DNA of 64,000 nucleotides from Squalus acanthias (Eukaryota), in NCBI GenBank assembly GCA_030390025.1, contig CM059432.1, forward strand, positions 138,076,001 through 138,140,000, read 5' to 3'. This document shows, in pieces, positions 1 through 13,884 of the stretch (position 1 is its first letter; every line of letters starts with the position of its first letter). The translations under genes were made by a program, and so were the position numbers. The notes under the pieces were generated by a model. That model had not been told where the DNA came from, searched no databases, and saw only the letters and a list, made by a program, of their open reading frames with translations.

Positions 1-534
1 CAGAATTACATCGAATGTACAGCACAGAAACAGGCCATTTGGCCCAATTAGTCCATGCTGGTGTTTCTGCTCCACACGAGCCTCCTTCCACCCCTCTTCA
101 TCTCACCCTATCAACATATCCCTCTATTCCTTTCTCCCTCATGTGTTTATCTAGCTTCCACTAAAATGCATCTATGCTATTCACCTCAATTACTCCTTGT
201 GGTAGCGAGTTCCACATTCTAACCACTCTCTGGGTAAAGAAGTTTCTCTGGAATTCCTTATTGTATTAATTTGTGACTATCTTATACTTATGACCCCATG
301 TTTTGAACTTCCCCACAAGTGGAAACATCTTCTCTACGTCTACCCTATAAAACCCTTTCATAATTGTAAAGACCTTTATCACGTTACCCCTCAGCCTTCT
401 CTCTTCTAGAGAAAAGAACCCCAGCTTATTCATTCTTTCCTGATAGTTAACCTCTCAGTTCTGGTATCATCCTTGTAAATCTTTATAGCACCATCTCCTG
501 TGCCTCTACATGCCTTTTATAATATGGAGACCAG

Positions 535-1225
535 GGGCTGGATTTTGAATGACCCATGGAGTCGGGGTTTCCGACCCCATCCCGACTCCATCCCGCCTCC
601 ACGCAATTTTGACAAAATCAGTCGCGGGGTTCCCGACTCTGTTCCGCCTCCAAGAGGCGGGAGAGGCCATTAAAGCCCTTAACAAGCTCTAAATTGGCTC
701 TGTAATGCCATTTTGAAACGTTTTAGCTAGTTTAACCCTTTTCTGACGTGAAGTACGCCTGGTGTGAAACACGCCAGTGAAACCTGGTGGGAGCACAAGT
801 GGATAGCTGTCTATCGGCTGCAGGTCCACTATTACAACGGAGATGTGATGAAGGTAGTAGTAGTATTAGGTCTGAAAGTCGCCTCTGATGCTGCTGCATT
901 GAATGTCTTCAGAGACCTGTTGCAAAAAAAATCTCTCTCTCTCTCTCCTCCCATTTTTGCATCCAGGTCCACTCACATCAAAAGCAAGCCAGGCAGGTCC
1001 TCTCTCACCAACAGTCTCTGAGACTAAGCAGTCAGAAATGATGACATCATCAGAGGCGACTTTCAGACTGAAAACACTAATTAGTTCCTGGGTTCCCACA
1101 TGCTCCAACTCAATTGCCCAATTAAGTGAAAATTGCATCAGGCATCCACATTAATCTGGAGTCGGGGGGGTTACACGAAATACGGATTACACGACCCCAA
1201 CCCGACCCAAGACAAAATCCAGCCC
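535..1225. mobile_element. PIF/Harbinger-like MITE family A, copy 1
   Basis: TIR GGGCTGGATTTT/AAAATCCAGCCC, 3-bp TSD CAG; interrupts CR1 (the empty site ggagaccagaa is seen at 17768). Confidence 0.8.
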
Positions 1226-1438
1226 CAGAACTGTGCACAGTACTCCAAATGTGGTCTAACCAAAGTTCTATACAAGTTTAACATAGCCTCTTTGCTGTTT
1301 AATTCTATTGCTCTAGAAATGAACCCCAGTGCTTTGTTTGCATTTTTTATGGCCTTGTTAAGCAGCATTGCTACTTTTAATGATTTGCGAATCTGCACCC
1401 CTTTATCCCTCTGTTCCCCTACCTCATTTAGACTCTTA

Positions 1439-2190
1439 GGGCTGGATTTTGATACTAGGGCGGGCTGGGGTCGTGTCATCCACTTTTCGTGTTATCCACC
1501 CGACTGCAATTGGATGTGGGAGATTGATGCGATTTTCACCTAATTGGGCAATTGAGTTCCAGCATGTGGGAACCCATGAACCAATTAGTGTTTTCAGTCT
1601 GAAAGTCGCTTCTGATGATGTCATCATTGCTGCTGCATTGAAGGTCTGCAAAGACTGCCTGGCCTTTGCTGTGAGAGGACCTGGATGCAAAATAAGCAGC
1701 AGCAGCCCTAAGTCTGCTCCCGGATATTTTTGCACCACCACTCCCAGATATGTCTCCCATTCACCACCACTCCCAGATATGTCTATTATTCTTCCTTCCT
1801 CCTCCTCCTCCTCCTCCCTCCTCCTCTTCCTCCTCCTCCTTCCTCTTCCTCCTCCCTCATCTCTCTGTTGTAATAGTGGACCTGCAGCTGATAGTCAGCT
1901 ATCCAAATGTGCTCCCACCAGGTTTCACATTCGTGGTTCAGAACAGGCGTGCTTCACGTAGAAAAAGAGTTAAAATCACAAAGGCCTTTCAAAATGGCAT
2001 TATAGAGGCAATTTAGTGCTTGTTAAGGGCCTTAACAGCCTATCCTGCCTCTTGGAGGCGGGACGGAGTCGGGACCAGCAAGACACGATTTAATGAAAAT
2101 TGCGTGGAGGCGGGCTTCTGCCAGTTTTCGCAATTTTAACCCCCCACACGCCTCCAAACCCACCTCCACGGGTCAATGAAAATCCAGCCC
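1439..2190. mobile_element. PIF/Harbinger-like MITE family A, copy 2 (opposite orientation to copy 1)
   Basis: TIR GGGCTGGATTTT, TSD TTA (1436-1438, 2191-2193); internal (CCT)n tract at about 1790-1860. Confidence 0.85.
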
Positions 2191-2612
2191 TTATTTTCCA
2201 AGGAGTATGTGGCCTCCTTATTCCTCCTACAAAAATGCACCAGCTCATGCTTATCTATATTGAAATTCATTTGCCATTTAGACGCCCTTTCTGCAAGTTT
2301 ATTAACGTCTCCTTGTATTTGTCACAGTCCTCCTCAGTATTAACAAAAACCCTCCAATTTGGTGTCATGTTTTGAACTATCCTTATTTAAAGAATTGTAA
2401 AATGTGCAGTACATGTGGTCATTGTATGACTTGTTTTACCAGCGTTTTGGTTCTTGTATATTATTTAAATATTGAATACTGATGACAGTGAGGTAACTCA
2501 ATTAATGGATGCCGCTGAACTGATTAAAAAAAATCAGTGAAGCACTTTGGGTAAGTTATTGATTATTCAGTACCTTATAAGTTGGTAAGTTATGATTCCA
2601 GTGACCTCAAAA

Positions 2613-2992
2613 AAAGAAAGACTTGCATTTATACGGCACCTTTCATGACCTCAGGATGTCTCAAAGCGCTTTACAGCCAATGAAGTACTTTTTGAAGTGT
2701 AGTCACTGTTGTAATGTGGGAAACGCGGCAGCCAATTTGCACACAGCAAGCTCCCACATACAGCAATGTGATAATGACCAGATAAACCATTTTTAGTGAT
2801 GTTGATTGAGGGATAAATATTGGCCAGGGCACTGGGGAGAACTCCCCTGCTCTTCTTCGAAATAGTGCCATGGGATCGTTTACGTCCACCTGAGAGAGCA
2901 GATGGAGCCTCGGTTTAACGCCTCATCCGAAAGACAGTGCAGCACTCCTTCAGCACTGCACTGGAGTGTCAGCCTGGATCTTGTGCTCAAGT
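2613..2992 (-). mobile_element. SacSINE1-like DeuSINE
   Basis: Reverse-complement homology to 5863-6322. Confidence 0.8.
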
Positions 2993-3329
2993 CACAAGAA
3001 TCCACAATTAAAAGGAAATTAATGAAACAACAGTCGACACAAAGGGAACGTTACCATTCTAATCAGAATTGTTTGGGTCTTGAAAATAGCATTGACGATA
3101 AAACTTGCCTCAATTGTTCAGGTACTTTTGACTCCAGAGCTATTCCTTTAGCAGAGCCTCTTCCTGTGTTGGTGTATTTTTACACATCAAAGTTAGGCTT
3201 GGGGTTGCGTCATAGGCATGGCCAGGTCAAGCTTAAGACTTTGGGCTTTGATTGACAGGAGGAAAAAAAAGGCTTTTAAAGCTAGCTTCAACCCCCAAAA
3301 TTTAGAAGTTGTGGAAGGAAGAATAACAG

Positions 3330-4420
3330 CTGCCGTCTTTAACAAAGGGAACCGTCCCACGGTGCTTCATGGAGGCGCAAGGAGAATCGCGGGCTGAGCA
3401 AAAGAAGGAAAGAAATAGGAGGATGAGCAAAAACCTGGTGCAAGCGATGGGTTGTAAGGAGGGTCCTAAAGGGGGAGTGGGAGGTGGAGAGGTTTAAGGA
3501 GGGAATCCCAGAGTGTGGGGCCTAGACAGCTGCAAACACGGCCTGCAAAATGAGGGGGGAATGCGCAAGATGTCAGATGAGAGGAATGTAGGGTTTGGGA
3601 GGAGTTGTAGTTCTGGAACTTTGTGGGGAGCAGTGAGACCATGAAGGGATTTGAACAGGGGTATGAGAATTTTAAGTTTGCGGCATTGGTCGGCAGGAGC
3701 CAGTGTAGGTCAGCAAGGGTGAGGGTGATGGACGATAGGGACTTGGTGTGGGATAGGATACGGGCAGCAGATTATTGGATGATCTGAAACTTCGGGAGGG
3801 TGGAGGATGGGAGGCCAGCCAGGAGAGCATCGGAATAATTGAGTCTGGAGCTGACAAAGGCACAGAGGAGGGTTTCGGCAGCAGATAGGAAGAGGTAGGT
3901 GCAAAGGTGGGTGATGTTACTGAGGTGGAAGTAGATAGTCTTTGTGATGGAGAGGATATGGGGACAGAAGCTCATCTGGAGTAATATAGGATGCCGAGGA
4001 TTTTAACAGTCTGGTTCAGCCTGAGACAGTGGCTGGGGAGGGGAATGGAATCGGTGGCGAGGAAACGGAGTGTGTGTTGGCTTCAGTCTTCCCTGTGTCC
4101 AACACCCAGCTCAACTGAGACTGGGTGTCAGACTAATAGCACAGGGGAAATGGATAGATTAAAAAGTGGTGGTGGAGAGAGAGAGCTGGGTGTCATCGAT
4201 GTACGTGCAGAGCCTGACCTATGTTGGCGGATGACGGTGCCAAGGGTCAGCGTGTAGTTGAGGGAGAGGAAGAGGCCAAAAATTGGGAGTCCTGAGGGGA
4301 TGGTTCAGAGTGCGAAGAGAGACCAATGCTGGAGATTCACTGGCTACGATTAGATAGGTAAGAGTGGAATCAAGCCAAAGGCAGTCTCACCGTTGGCAGA
4401 CCCCATCCCCCACCAAGCCC
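3330..4420 (-). mobile_element. Old L2 LINE fragment
   Basis: Degenerate AETLLCAFVSSRLNYSDALLAGLP motif. Confidence 0.7.
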
Positions 4421-5862
4421 CTTCTGAGTCAGTGGATTGTTTGGAGACAATCAGTGACTCTGAGTCACATTTAGGACCTGGCTTATATGGTGTCTCTAAT
4501 TTATGGCTCTTCCGCCACACTCTCACAGGAGTTACGCCTTCAGTGCACCACAAGGACCGAAGATTTTTAGTCCTGTTAATTTTAAAGTGGAAAAGGAATG
4601 GAAGGAGAAATTAGGCTATATAAAAAAAGAACAGAGAAGGTTAAGAGGTGACCAAATAGAGGTTTTCAAGATGATGAGAGGTTTTGATGGAGTAGAAAGA
4701 GAAAAACCATTCCCTCTGGCGAGTTGGTCAATAACCAAAGGTCATAGGTTTAAAATCATTGGCAAAAGATCTAGAGGGGAGATGAGGAGAATTCTTTTCA
4801 CTCAGAGCGTTGTCGGGATCTGGAACGCTCGACCTGAAAAGGTGGTGGAAGCTGATTCCATCAATAATTTTAAAAGGGAGTTGGACGGGTTCTGGAGGAT
4901 GAGGAACTTGCAGGGTTAGGGACAATCATGTTAATGAGGACTAGCACGAATTTTGCGTGCTACCTAGACCATTTTAACGTGGCGCAGTTTAACATCGTTG
5001 GGCTTTAACACTGCCCATTTCGTGGCCATATCCAATTTCTAGGCCATAGTTTTATATTTTAGGGTTATTTTTTCAAAAAGAGAGCGATTGCTGACGGCTG
5101 TATCACTGTAGTATCTGGGTGTGTTTCAGCACCACAGCATCTCAGTGCGAAGTGGAAACTTAATTGTCTGGCCCTGGGGAGACTGTTGTTTTCATCAAAC
5201 TGCCTGTTGGCAGCTTAAGAATATAAGCTTGTTTTATGTGGATTGTGGCTTCCCAGTAGAGATTTATAGCAAAGTTCATTCATTCATTTATTTCCCTGTT
5301 TCTAGCTGAATAGCCACAAATATGAAGGGAATTTTTTTTTTTTACGCAGCGAGTTGTTCTGATCTGGAATGCGCTGCCTGAAAGGGCAGCGGAAACAGAT
5401 TCAACAGTAACTTTCAAAGGGGAATTGGAAAAATACTTGAAAAGGAAACATTTGCAGGGCTATGGGGAAAAAGCAGGGGAGTGGGACTGATTGGAGAGCT
5501 CTTTCAAAGAGCAGGCACAGGCACGCTGGGCCGAATGGCCTCCTTCTGTTATGATGATTCTATAAATACAAATTAAATCATCAAAGCTTTCATACATTTG
5601 TTGACTAATACTAATAACAATATAGAAAATCAGTCTAAATTACTGTTGGGTTACCGAAAAAAGGAATTATTTGAGTAAACCACTCCTGCTACTAGATCTG
5701 ATACTATATTTGCTTGATGTCACATATGCAATCACATCGAACAACTTCAGAACAGATTGAAATGCCGCAACTCCAAATCCCAATGGAGCAGATCTATCAG
5801 GCTATTTACATGAAGGCACCATTACACAACCGATCTATATTGTTATAATTTTAGCCTTTCTT

Positions 5863-6322
5863 TGTCAGCCGTGGCTCAGTGGGTAGCGCTCTTGCCTCTG
5901 AGTCAGAAGGTTGTGGGTTCATAGTCCCACTCCAGAGACGTGAGCATATAATCCAGCCTGACTCTCCCAGTGCAGTGCTGAGGGAATGCTGCACTGTCTG
6001 AGGTGCCGTCTTTTGGATGAGACTTTAAACCGAGGCTCCGTCTGCTCTCTCAGGTGGACGTAAAAGATCCCATGGCACTATTTCGAAGAAGAGCAGGGGA
6101 GTTCGCCCGGTGTCCCGGCCAATATTTATCCCTCAATCAACATAACAAAAAAACAGATTATCTGGTCATTATCACATTGCTGTTTGTGGGAGCTTGCTGT
6201 GCGCAAATTGGCTGCCACGTTTCCTACATTACAACAGTGACTACACTCCAAAAAGTACTTCATTGGCTATAAAGTGCTTTGGGATGTCCTGTGGTTGTGG
6301 AAGGCGCTATATAAATACAAGT
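5863..6322 (+). mobile_element. Full-length SacSINE1-like DeuSINE
   Basis: tRNA-like head (TGGCTCAGTGGG ... GGTTCATAGTCCC), Deu core gaggtgccgtctt..gatgagac..aaaccgagg, L2-like tail ggcgctatataaat. Confidence 0.82.
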
Positions 6323-6414
6323 ATTTCTCTCCTTTTTCTTTATGTTCTGTGCAGCATAGCCCCAGAGTTGAATAATGTAGATCTGATGTAATTGTCTCAA
6401 TCTCAGTTAATAAT

Positions 6415-7127
6415 GGGGGCGAAATTGGGTGCCTTTGCGCCTCCCGTTAACGCCCCCAGGGGACGCTAACGGGGCACAAATGGCTTTGCGACCGGGCGCG
6501 GCGCTGACATCGACTCCCGCCATATTCAGCGGGAGTTTTGCGGCGGCGCTATGGCGTTGCGCCCCCATCTCCTTCGTCTGGAGATCGTGACGTCATCGCC
6601 GTGCGCATCGCCCCGGTAGCATCCCGGACCCGAAATTGACTTCCGCGCCCTGCAGTAGCGCTTCAGGGGGGGGGGGGCGATGATTAAAGGCAAGGTGGCC
6701 GAGGTAAGTAAAAAAAAACTCACCTTTATTGGTCCGCTTTTTTTCGCGGGTTCCTACCCGCGATTGATCAGACCGGCGCTCTGCTTGAGTGCCAGGCTGA
6801 TCGCGCGGTATCGCGGCTGCCTTGGTGTTCCAGGTAGGTACTTTTTCTATTGCAGAGCCTGCAGCGATGGCCCTTCCCTTTAAGGGAGGGAAGGAGCCTT
6901 GGAATGTGGCAGCGTTGCACAGCCCAGTGTGGAGCGCTGCTGAAGTCTCCGCCCCGCCTGCTGCCGATTGCGCTCCAAGAAGGAAGTGGAGCTTGATTTA
7001 GTCCTCCACTTCCTTCTGGAACACAAAACCGAATTTAAAAAAATATAGAAACATTAGCACCTGCTGCTAATTTTCCAAACTTTTAAAATTTAGTCCCCCA
7101 AACGGGAATATAATGAATTTCTCCCCC
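6415..7127. mobile_element. PIF/Harbinger-like GC-rich MITE family B
   Basis: TIR GGGGGCGAAATT/AATTTCTCCCCC, TSD AAT. Confidence 0.8.
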
Positions 7128-7537
7128 AATAAGTCTGTACTGGGTATTTATTCCTGATCCAGACCAGTGGATGTGTTGTTATTCAAAAGTTGGTTTTGTT
7201 TAAACACTTGTCTTTGTTTATGTTGAAAAGGTATCTCAAACTGTATCTCAGAGTCATCGGATTTAGATTAAGTACTAAGAACATAAGAAATAGAAGTAGG
7301 AGTAGACCATATGGCCCTTTGAGCGTGCTCCGCCATTCAATAAGATCATGGCTGATCTTCTACCTCATCTCCACTTTCCCGCCCGATCACCATATCCCTT
7401 GATTCCCTTAGCATCCGTTAACACTACAGTACCATTTTGTGTGACGGTACTATTTTGTTAGGAGGTTTTCTTTGTGTTATTTTTAAATGTTGCCTCCTTT
7501 GGACTAGAGAGTAAACGTGTGTAACTTCAAGCATGTA

Positions 7538-7901
7538 CAGGAAACTCTTTATTAACCGGCACCGACGGGACCGGCGTGGTGCCGGTTAATCAAAAAGTCC
7601 GGATAACGGAGAGTTATATCTCCCAACGTACGAGAGCCCCGTACACATTGACATGCGCCTGCATTCGGAGCTCCGTCTCCCCGGGAACCGCCAGCTGACC
7701 ATCTGTCGTGTCCGCTGCCTACCCGGGCTGCACATTCCCCTCCCAATCTACACGCTCCAATACAAGGCAAACGCCTCGGGGTTTTTTTTAAAGTTAATTT
7801 TAAACGAGAGATGAAGGAAAACCCCGGTTACCTACTCAAGAATTTTGCCGGTTAAGAGAGATTTCCGGATATTTGGGTGCCGGTTAATAAAGAGTTTCCT
7901 G
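7538..7901. mobile_element. Tc1/mariner (Tigger/pogo-like) MITE
   Basis: Perfect 26-bp TIR CAGGAAACTCTTTATTAACCGGCACC with TA TSD. Confidence 0.88.
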
Positions 7902-9436
7902 TACTAGTTGCTGGCTTCAATGTGTAGGTTGTAGTGCAGATTACACATTCCACGTTTGAACTTTAAAATATGTTTAAGGGGCCGAATTAGATTGAGGTTA
8001 AAGGAAGGCCTTTATTGTACAGTCACAGCATGTATTTGATTCATTTCAGTTTTTGATCATCTGTGCCAAATTGGCTTTGGTTGCCAAACATTGTAAGTCA
8101 GGTTGAATTTAATAAATCAGTAATCGTGTGGAAATGTTCCCATCTGCTGTTTTTCCTGGTTCCACATACAAGGTCAGGTCTCGGTGCTTTTTTTTTTCCC
8201 CTTCTATTTCTGTGATGCACATAAATCGCAATAGCCAAGGTAGTGCTGATTTATGCTTAATTTTGGCATGGATCACTTGAAAAGGTAAGCCTTTGATACC
8301 AACACAGTAAGTACAGTTTTAAGCAATCTCTATGATAAATTGTGAATATCTTGTATAGTAATATTCTTATTAGAACTAGGGGGCATAGTCTCAGGATAAG
8401 GGGTCGGCCATTTAGGACTGAGATGAGGAGAAATTTCTTCACTCAGGGTTGTGAATCTTTGGAATTCTCTACCCCAGAGGGCTGTGGATGTCGTTGAGTA
8501 TCTTCAAAACTGAGATCGATAGATTTTTGGACTCTAGGGGAATCGAGGAATATGGGGATCGGGCAGGAAAGTGATGTTGAGGTAGAAGATCAGCCATGAT
8601 CTCACTGAATGGCGGAGCAGGCTCGAGGGGCCGTATGGCCGACTCCTGCTCCTATTTCTTACGTTCTTATGTACGGCTTTAATAGAAGAATAGCAAAACA
8701 CTTGACAGATTGCTAATGAAGATTTGTTAAAATATGTAGTCTGTATTTAAATATCATCTTTGGGAATTCTTTCACTAATCTAAAAATACAAAATGGGACT
8801 TTAATTCACTGTTTTCATATCTCTCAGATGTTACTGTTAAGGTCCTGTGTGGTGGAAGTTCATTTTATGCATTTCTTGATATGGGGAAGGGGTAGAGGAA
8901 ATAATGTAGTTTGTTCATAACTGTTTATTGATTTTTCTGAGAATGGCAAAGCCCTAAGGTTTTGTCATCAATGGTGTTCTTCCTCTCAAAGCAGTGAATG
9001 CATTTCATGCCATCAATCAGGCCCAGGGTCTATTGAAAATGGGCTTTTAACCGATGATCCTGTGTTTTCAGGAGGATTTGGAAGGAAGGCATGTTTCTGG
9101 CTTTTGAATTCTTTGTCCCATTTGAAGCACTATTCTGGCAATGTGCTATTCCTTTCATTCTCAAGATTTGGAAAATACGAGGTAGAAAGAAGTTTATAGA
9201 ACTGGATTAAAATCACGTTTGAATGTTTTGACGTTTTGTTGGCAGTGGAACAGACTTCAATTGGAATTTATTATTTGGCCCCTGAGAGAGCTTTCACATT
9301 GTACAACCTTTTCCATAAAACTTTGATGTTCTTTGCCTCTTGGTGGTGCTGGTAAGTGACAGTAACACTAGTTCTGTGGCTACGTGTAGCCACTTGGTAA
9401 TCATCTTCTTTACAATTAACTTTCTGTAGAGCTGGA

Positions 9437-9903
9437 AAGAAAGACTTGCATTTATGTAGCGCCTTTCGTGACCACCGGACGTCCCAAAGCGCTTTACAGC
9501 CAATGAAGTACTTTTTGAAGTGTAGTCACTGTTGTAATGTAGGAAACGCGGCAGCCAATTTGCGCACAGCAAGCTCCCACAAACAGCAATGTGATGACCA
9601 GACAGTTTGTTTTTTAGTGATGTTCATTGAGGGATAAATATTGGCCAGGACACTGGGGATAACTCCACTGTTCTTCCTCAAAATAATACCATGGGATCTT
9701 TTACGTCCGCCTGAGAGAGCAGACGGGGCCTCGGTTTTAGCTCGAATCCGAAAGACGGCACCTCCGACAGTGCAGCACTCCCTCAGCACTGCACTGGAGT
9801 GTCAGCCTGGATTTTTGTGCTCAAGTCTCTGGAGCTGGACGTAGAGGCCACAACCTTCTGCCCCAGAGACGAGGGATGCTACCACCTGAGCCACAGCCGA
9901 CAC
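9437..9903 (-). mobile_element. Full-length SacSINE1-like DeuSINE
   Basis: Reverse-complement homology to 5863-6322. Confidence 0.82.
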
Positions 9904-9949
9904 GTAATGTATTTGTATAACATCTTGTCCTATCTTCAGGATGTTCCAG

Positions 9950-10670
9950 AACGCTTCACTTGAATTACCTTTGAGCATCGTCACTCTTACCGTGCAGGCA
10001 AATGCACAGCCAAATTGTGCACAGCAAGATCCCAGAAACTTTAGGGCAACACGGTGGCATAGTGGTTAGCACTGTTGCCTCACAGCGCCAGGGACCTGGG
10101 TTCGAATCCGGCCTCGGGTGACTGACTGTGTGGAGTTTGCACATTCTCCCCGTGTCTGCGTGGGTTTCCTCCGGGTGCTCCGGTTTCCTCCCACAGTCCA
10201 AAGATGTGCGGGCTAGGTTGATTTGGCTATGATAAATTGACCCTTCGTGTTAGGGGGATTAAATACGTGGGGTTACGGGGATAGGGTGGGATATGTGTTG
10301 GTGCAGGCTCGATGGGCCAAAATGGCCTCTATCTGCACTGTGGGGATTCTGTGAAACGAGACATATGAGAGCAGTTAGTCTGTTTTTTTTGTATCGGTTG
10401 AGGAAGGAATATTGGTTGAGGAAGGAACATTGGCCAGGGCACTGAGAGGGCTCCCCTGCTTCCCTGTGGATTGTGCCGTAGATCTTTAATGTCTATCAGA
10501 AGCGGTCGATTGAAGCCTTGGTTTAACATCTCATTGTGAAGACGTCAGCTCCAACAATGCAGCGCTCGCTCCCTCAGTACCTCACTGAAGTGTCAGCCTA
10601 CATTATGTGCTGAAGACCTGGAGTGGGGCTTGAACCCACAGCGTTCTGACTGAGACACTACCAACTGATT
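9950..10670 (-). mobile_element. Old DeuSINE interrupted by an HE1-like SINE
   Basis: Diverged homology on both sides of 10043-10351. Confidence 0.65.
10043..10351 (+). mobile_element. HE1-like tRNA-derived V-SINE
   Basis: A box TGGCATAGTGG, B box GGTTCGAATCC, V-domain tgtggagtttgcacattctccccgtgtctgcgtgggtttcctccggg, CR1-like tail; inserted in a DeuSINE. Confidence 0.85.
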
Positions 10671-11547
10671 TATGGCTAAACGGAATAGTATCGCTGCCCT
10701 TTGCTCCTTGACCATCGAGGTGTGACAACTTAGTGGAGAGAATAGCCAAAGTCCATGATCGTAGCCACATAGTAGAAATCCAACCCTTGTAGTTTACAAG
10801 GTAGAATAATTAATTCTCACTCCTTTGATAAACCTGTCCATATATTACATCGAGTTACATCAAGTCTACGGCACAGAAACAAGCCATTCGGCCCAACTGG
10901 TCCATGCCGGTGTTTCTGCTCCACACGAGCCTCCTCCCACCCTACTTCATCTCACCCCATCAACATATCCTTCTATTCCTTTCTCCCTCATGTGTTTATC
11001 TAGCTTCCCCTTAAATGCATCTATGCTATTCACCTCAACTGTTCCTTGTGGTGGCGAGTTCCACATTCTCACCACTCTTTGGGTAAAGAAGTTTCTCCTG
11101 AATTCCCATTGGATTTATTAGTGACTATCTTATAGAAAGAAAGAATTCTGTCACTACAAAGCAGAAGGGGGAGGGGTCAACTGTTGAGCAAAAAGTCCAG
11201 TGCAAATTCTGCCATTCTTTCTAACACCAACTGCACCCGAGAGCAACAACTCTCCTCTTCTACCAGTTTGCTCGATTCCCGAGTAAACTAGGAGCTAATC
11301 CCATATCAATGAATACGCGGTCTGACTCCCGACTCCTCACTGAAGCAGACTACAGTATAAAGTCAAGCGAGTCAAGTGACAATGATGCTGCACTGCCACC
11401 TTCACCATGTGCAGGCTCAGCACTGTTATTCAGAACCAGGTCTGAGTCTATACGGCAGTGATGACAGCGGGGAACTTTACCGAAAGTAAGCAGGCTCCAA
11501 TTCATTTTATGTAAGGTATAGTTTATCTGAGGAGATTACTTGAATAA

Positions 11548-11746
11548 AAAGAAAGAACTTGCATTTATATAGCACCTTTCACGACTTTAGGATGTCCCAA
11601 AGTGCTTTGCAGCCAATGAGGTGCTTATGAAGCCACTGCTGTAATGTAGGGAAACGCAGCCGCCAATTTGCGCACAGCAAGCTCCCATAAACAGCAATAT
11701 GATAATGACCAGATCATTTGGTTTTTTTTTAGTGATGTTGGTTGAC
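11548..11746 (-). mobile_element. DeuSINE 3' fragment
   Basis: Tail homology. Confidence 0.7.
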
Positions 11747-12359
11747 TCTTTTTTTAATAATCCTGGTTCTTCAACCTCATTAAGCCGCAAGTATGAATGG
11801 GAAGTCAGTGAGGTGAATAGGTTGTTTTTTTTTTGCAATATGCAGAATGTGGTACAAGTGCAGTTTCTGCCAGTCACAAAGATAAGAGATTGCAATCGCA
11901 ATATGCAAGTAATGGTTCCGGCGAGACATTTTTAAAATCCAAGACTTGTTTCTGTAAGCGGAAAGAAAGAAAGCCATTTGGTTAAAACGCTAATTTTATT
12001 TTTGTTTTCCTTTTTGCAATGTTTCCCGTTTATAACACATGTGCTGTGTCAGCAGGGAAGAAATGATTGCTTTAAGCTCCTTGCACTGTGCAAGTCCATT
12101 TACTCCCAGGTACACTGGCTCAGTTCCGGTCCGTCAACGCTAAAGCACGACAGAAACACATTGAAATGAGACTATCATTATTAATTTATAAGCATTTACC
12201 AATTTAGTGTAGTCAGATAGTATTCCTTTTCACAGGCACATCCTCACCATTGCACTGCTAGTAAATCAGATCCAGACCTCCACTAAACCACCAGTCATGC
12301 ACATTTTAACCACAACACCATTTTTATTGTTAAAAAATTAATTCAGCAATTGTTGCAAC

Positions 12360-13006
12360 TTTTTTTTTCCGCTTATGGGATCTGGCGTCGCTGGCAAGGC
12401 CAGCATTTATTGCCCATCCCTAGTTGCCCTTGAGAAGGTGGTGGTGACCCGCCTTCTTGAACCGCTGCAGTCCGTGTGGTGAAGGTACTCCCATAGTGCT
12501 GTTAGGGAGGGAGTTCCAGGATTTTGACCCAGCGACGATGAAGGATCGGCGATATACTTCCAAGTCAGGATGGTGTGTGACTTGGAGGGGAACTTGGAGG
12601 TGGTGGTGTTCCCATGCGCCTGCTGCCCTTGTCCTTCTCGGTGGTAGAGGTCGCGGGTTTGGGAGGTGCTGCCGAAGAAGCCTTGGCGAGTTGCTGCAGT
12701 GCATCTTGTAGATGGTACACACTGCAGCCACGGTACACCGGTGGTGGAGGGAGTGAATGTTTAAGGTGGTGGATGGGGTGCCAATCAAGCGGGCTGCTTT
12801 GTCCTGGATGGTGTCGAGCTTCTTGAGTGTTGTTGGAGCTGCACTCATCCAGGCAAGTGGAGAGTATTCCATCACACTGCTGACTTGTGCCTTGGAGATG
12901 GTGGAAAGGCTTTGGGGAGTCAGGAGGTGAGACACTCGCCGCAGAATACCCGGCCTCTGACCTGCTCTTGTTGCCACAGTATTTATGTGGCTGGTCCAGT
13001 TAAGTT
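12360..13006 (-). mobile_element. Second LINE family 3' fragment
   Basis: Reverse complement of 25030-25670. Confidence 0.82.
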
Positions 13007-13750
13007 GCAGACAACCGAGGGGAAATTTTGGTTGCGAGATGGAACATTCCAACACACGTGCAAAATAAGGCCTTTTACTTGTTAGAGTAGCAGGAATAAA
13101 AAGTAATGAAAATTGGGAGAACATGAAGCTATTAAATGAACTTGAAGTGGTCCAGTTCAGATCACTCCTGATTCTCCATTCATTGCACCATGTATGGCGA
13201 ATCAGGAGTGACCTGAACTGGACCGTGGAAGGCACTGCCTGAAAGAGTGGGGGAAGCAGATTTACTAGTAACTTTCGAAAAGGAAATTGGATAAATACTT
13301 GAGGAGGAAAAATTTTGCAGTGGAGAGGACGTACCAGCTGGACAGGGCACGGAACTTGTGGCTGGGGGCAGGGATCCGAGTGCAAGGTGTTGAAGGTGGC
13401 ATCCTTGTGCGTGTACAGACTCCTCATGTCAACCCCACGGCATACATGACTGCAAAGCGTTTGCACTTAATCACCGTTCTGACCCAAAGCATCACTTAAG
13501 GTGTCAGCCGTGTCTCAGTGGGCAGCACTCTCACCTCTGAGTCAGAAGGTCATGTGTTCAAGTCCCACTCCAGAGACTTGGAACACAAAATCCAGGCTGA
13601 CGCTCCCAGTGTAGTAACTGAGTAGTGCCTTGCACTGTCGGAGGTGCCGTCTTTCGGATGAGGCGTTTAACCGAGGCCCCGTCTGCCATCTCACGTGGAT
13701 GCAAAACAACCCATCGAGCTACTTCGAAGAAGAGCAGGGGAGTAATTCCC

Positions 13751-13787
13751 GGTTCTGACGAAGGGTCTTCGACCTGAAACGTTAACT
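13751..13787 (+). ncRNA. Minimal type I hammerhead ribozyme motif (family H2)
   Basis: ggtt-CTGACGA-a-gggtc-ttc-gacct-GAAA-CG-TT-aact: full core, helix II, palindromic ACGT helix III, helix I ggtt/aact. Confidence 0.75.
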
Positions 13788-13884
13788 CTGTTTCTCTCTC
13801 CACGGATGCTGCCTGGCCTGCTGAGTTTTTCCAGCGTTTTCTGTTGTTATTTCGGATTTCCAGCATCCGCAGTATTTTGCTATC
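13754..13884 (+). mobile_element. Short Penelope-like terminal fragment (H2) inserted in a SINE
   Basis: 15-bp TSD ggagtaattcccggt (13739-13753 and 13885-13899); carries a hammerhead core; homologous to 31020-31085, 32830-32970 and 49000-49130. Confidence 0.75.

Larger units (their letters stand above)
1..2370 (-). mobile_element. CR1 (HER1-type) LINE 3' fragment interrupted by two MITEs
   Basis: Encodes the RT C-terminal motif LYRTLVRPHLEYCAQFW on the minus strand. Confidence 0.8.

Noticed and set aside
10043..10115. tRNA gene
   Set aside because: The A/B boxes continue directly into a SINE body; this is a SINE head, like those at 5863, 13502 and 55648.
12420..13466. 348-aa ORF as a host gene
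   Set aside because: It is a chance fusion of antisense CR1, spacer and LINE ORF2 C-terminal sequence.
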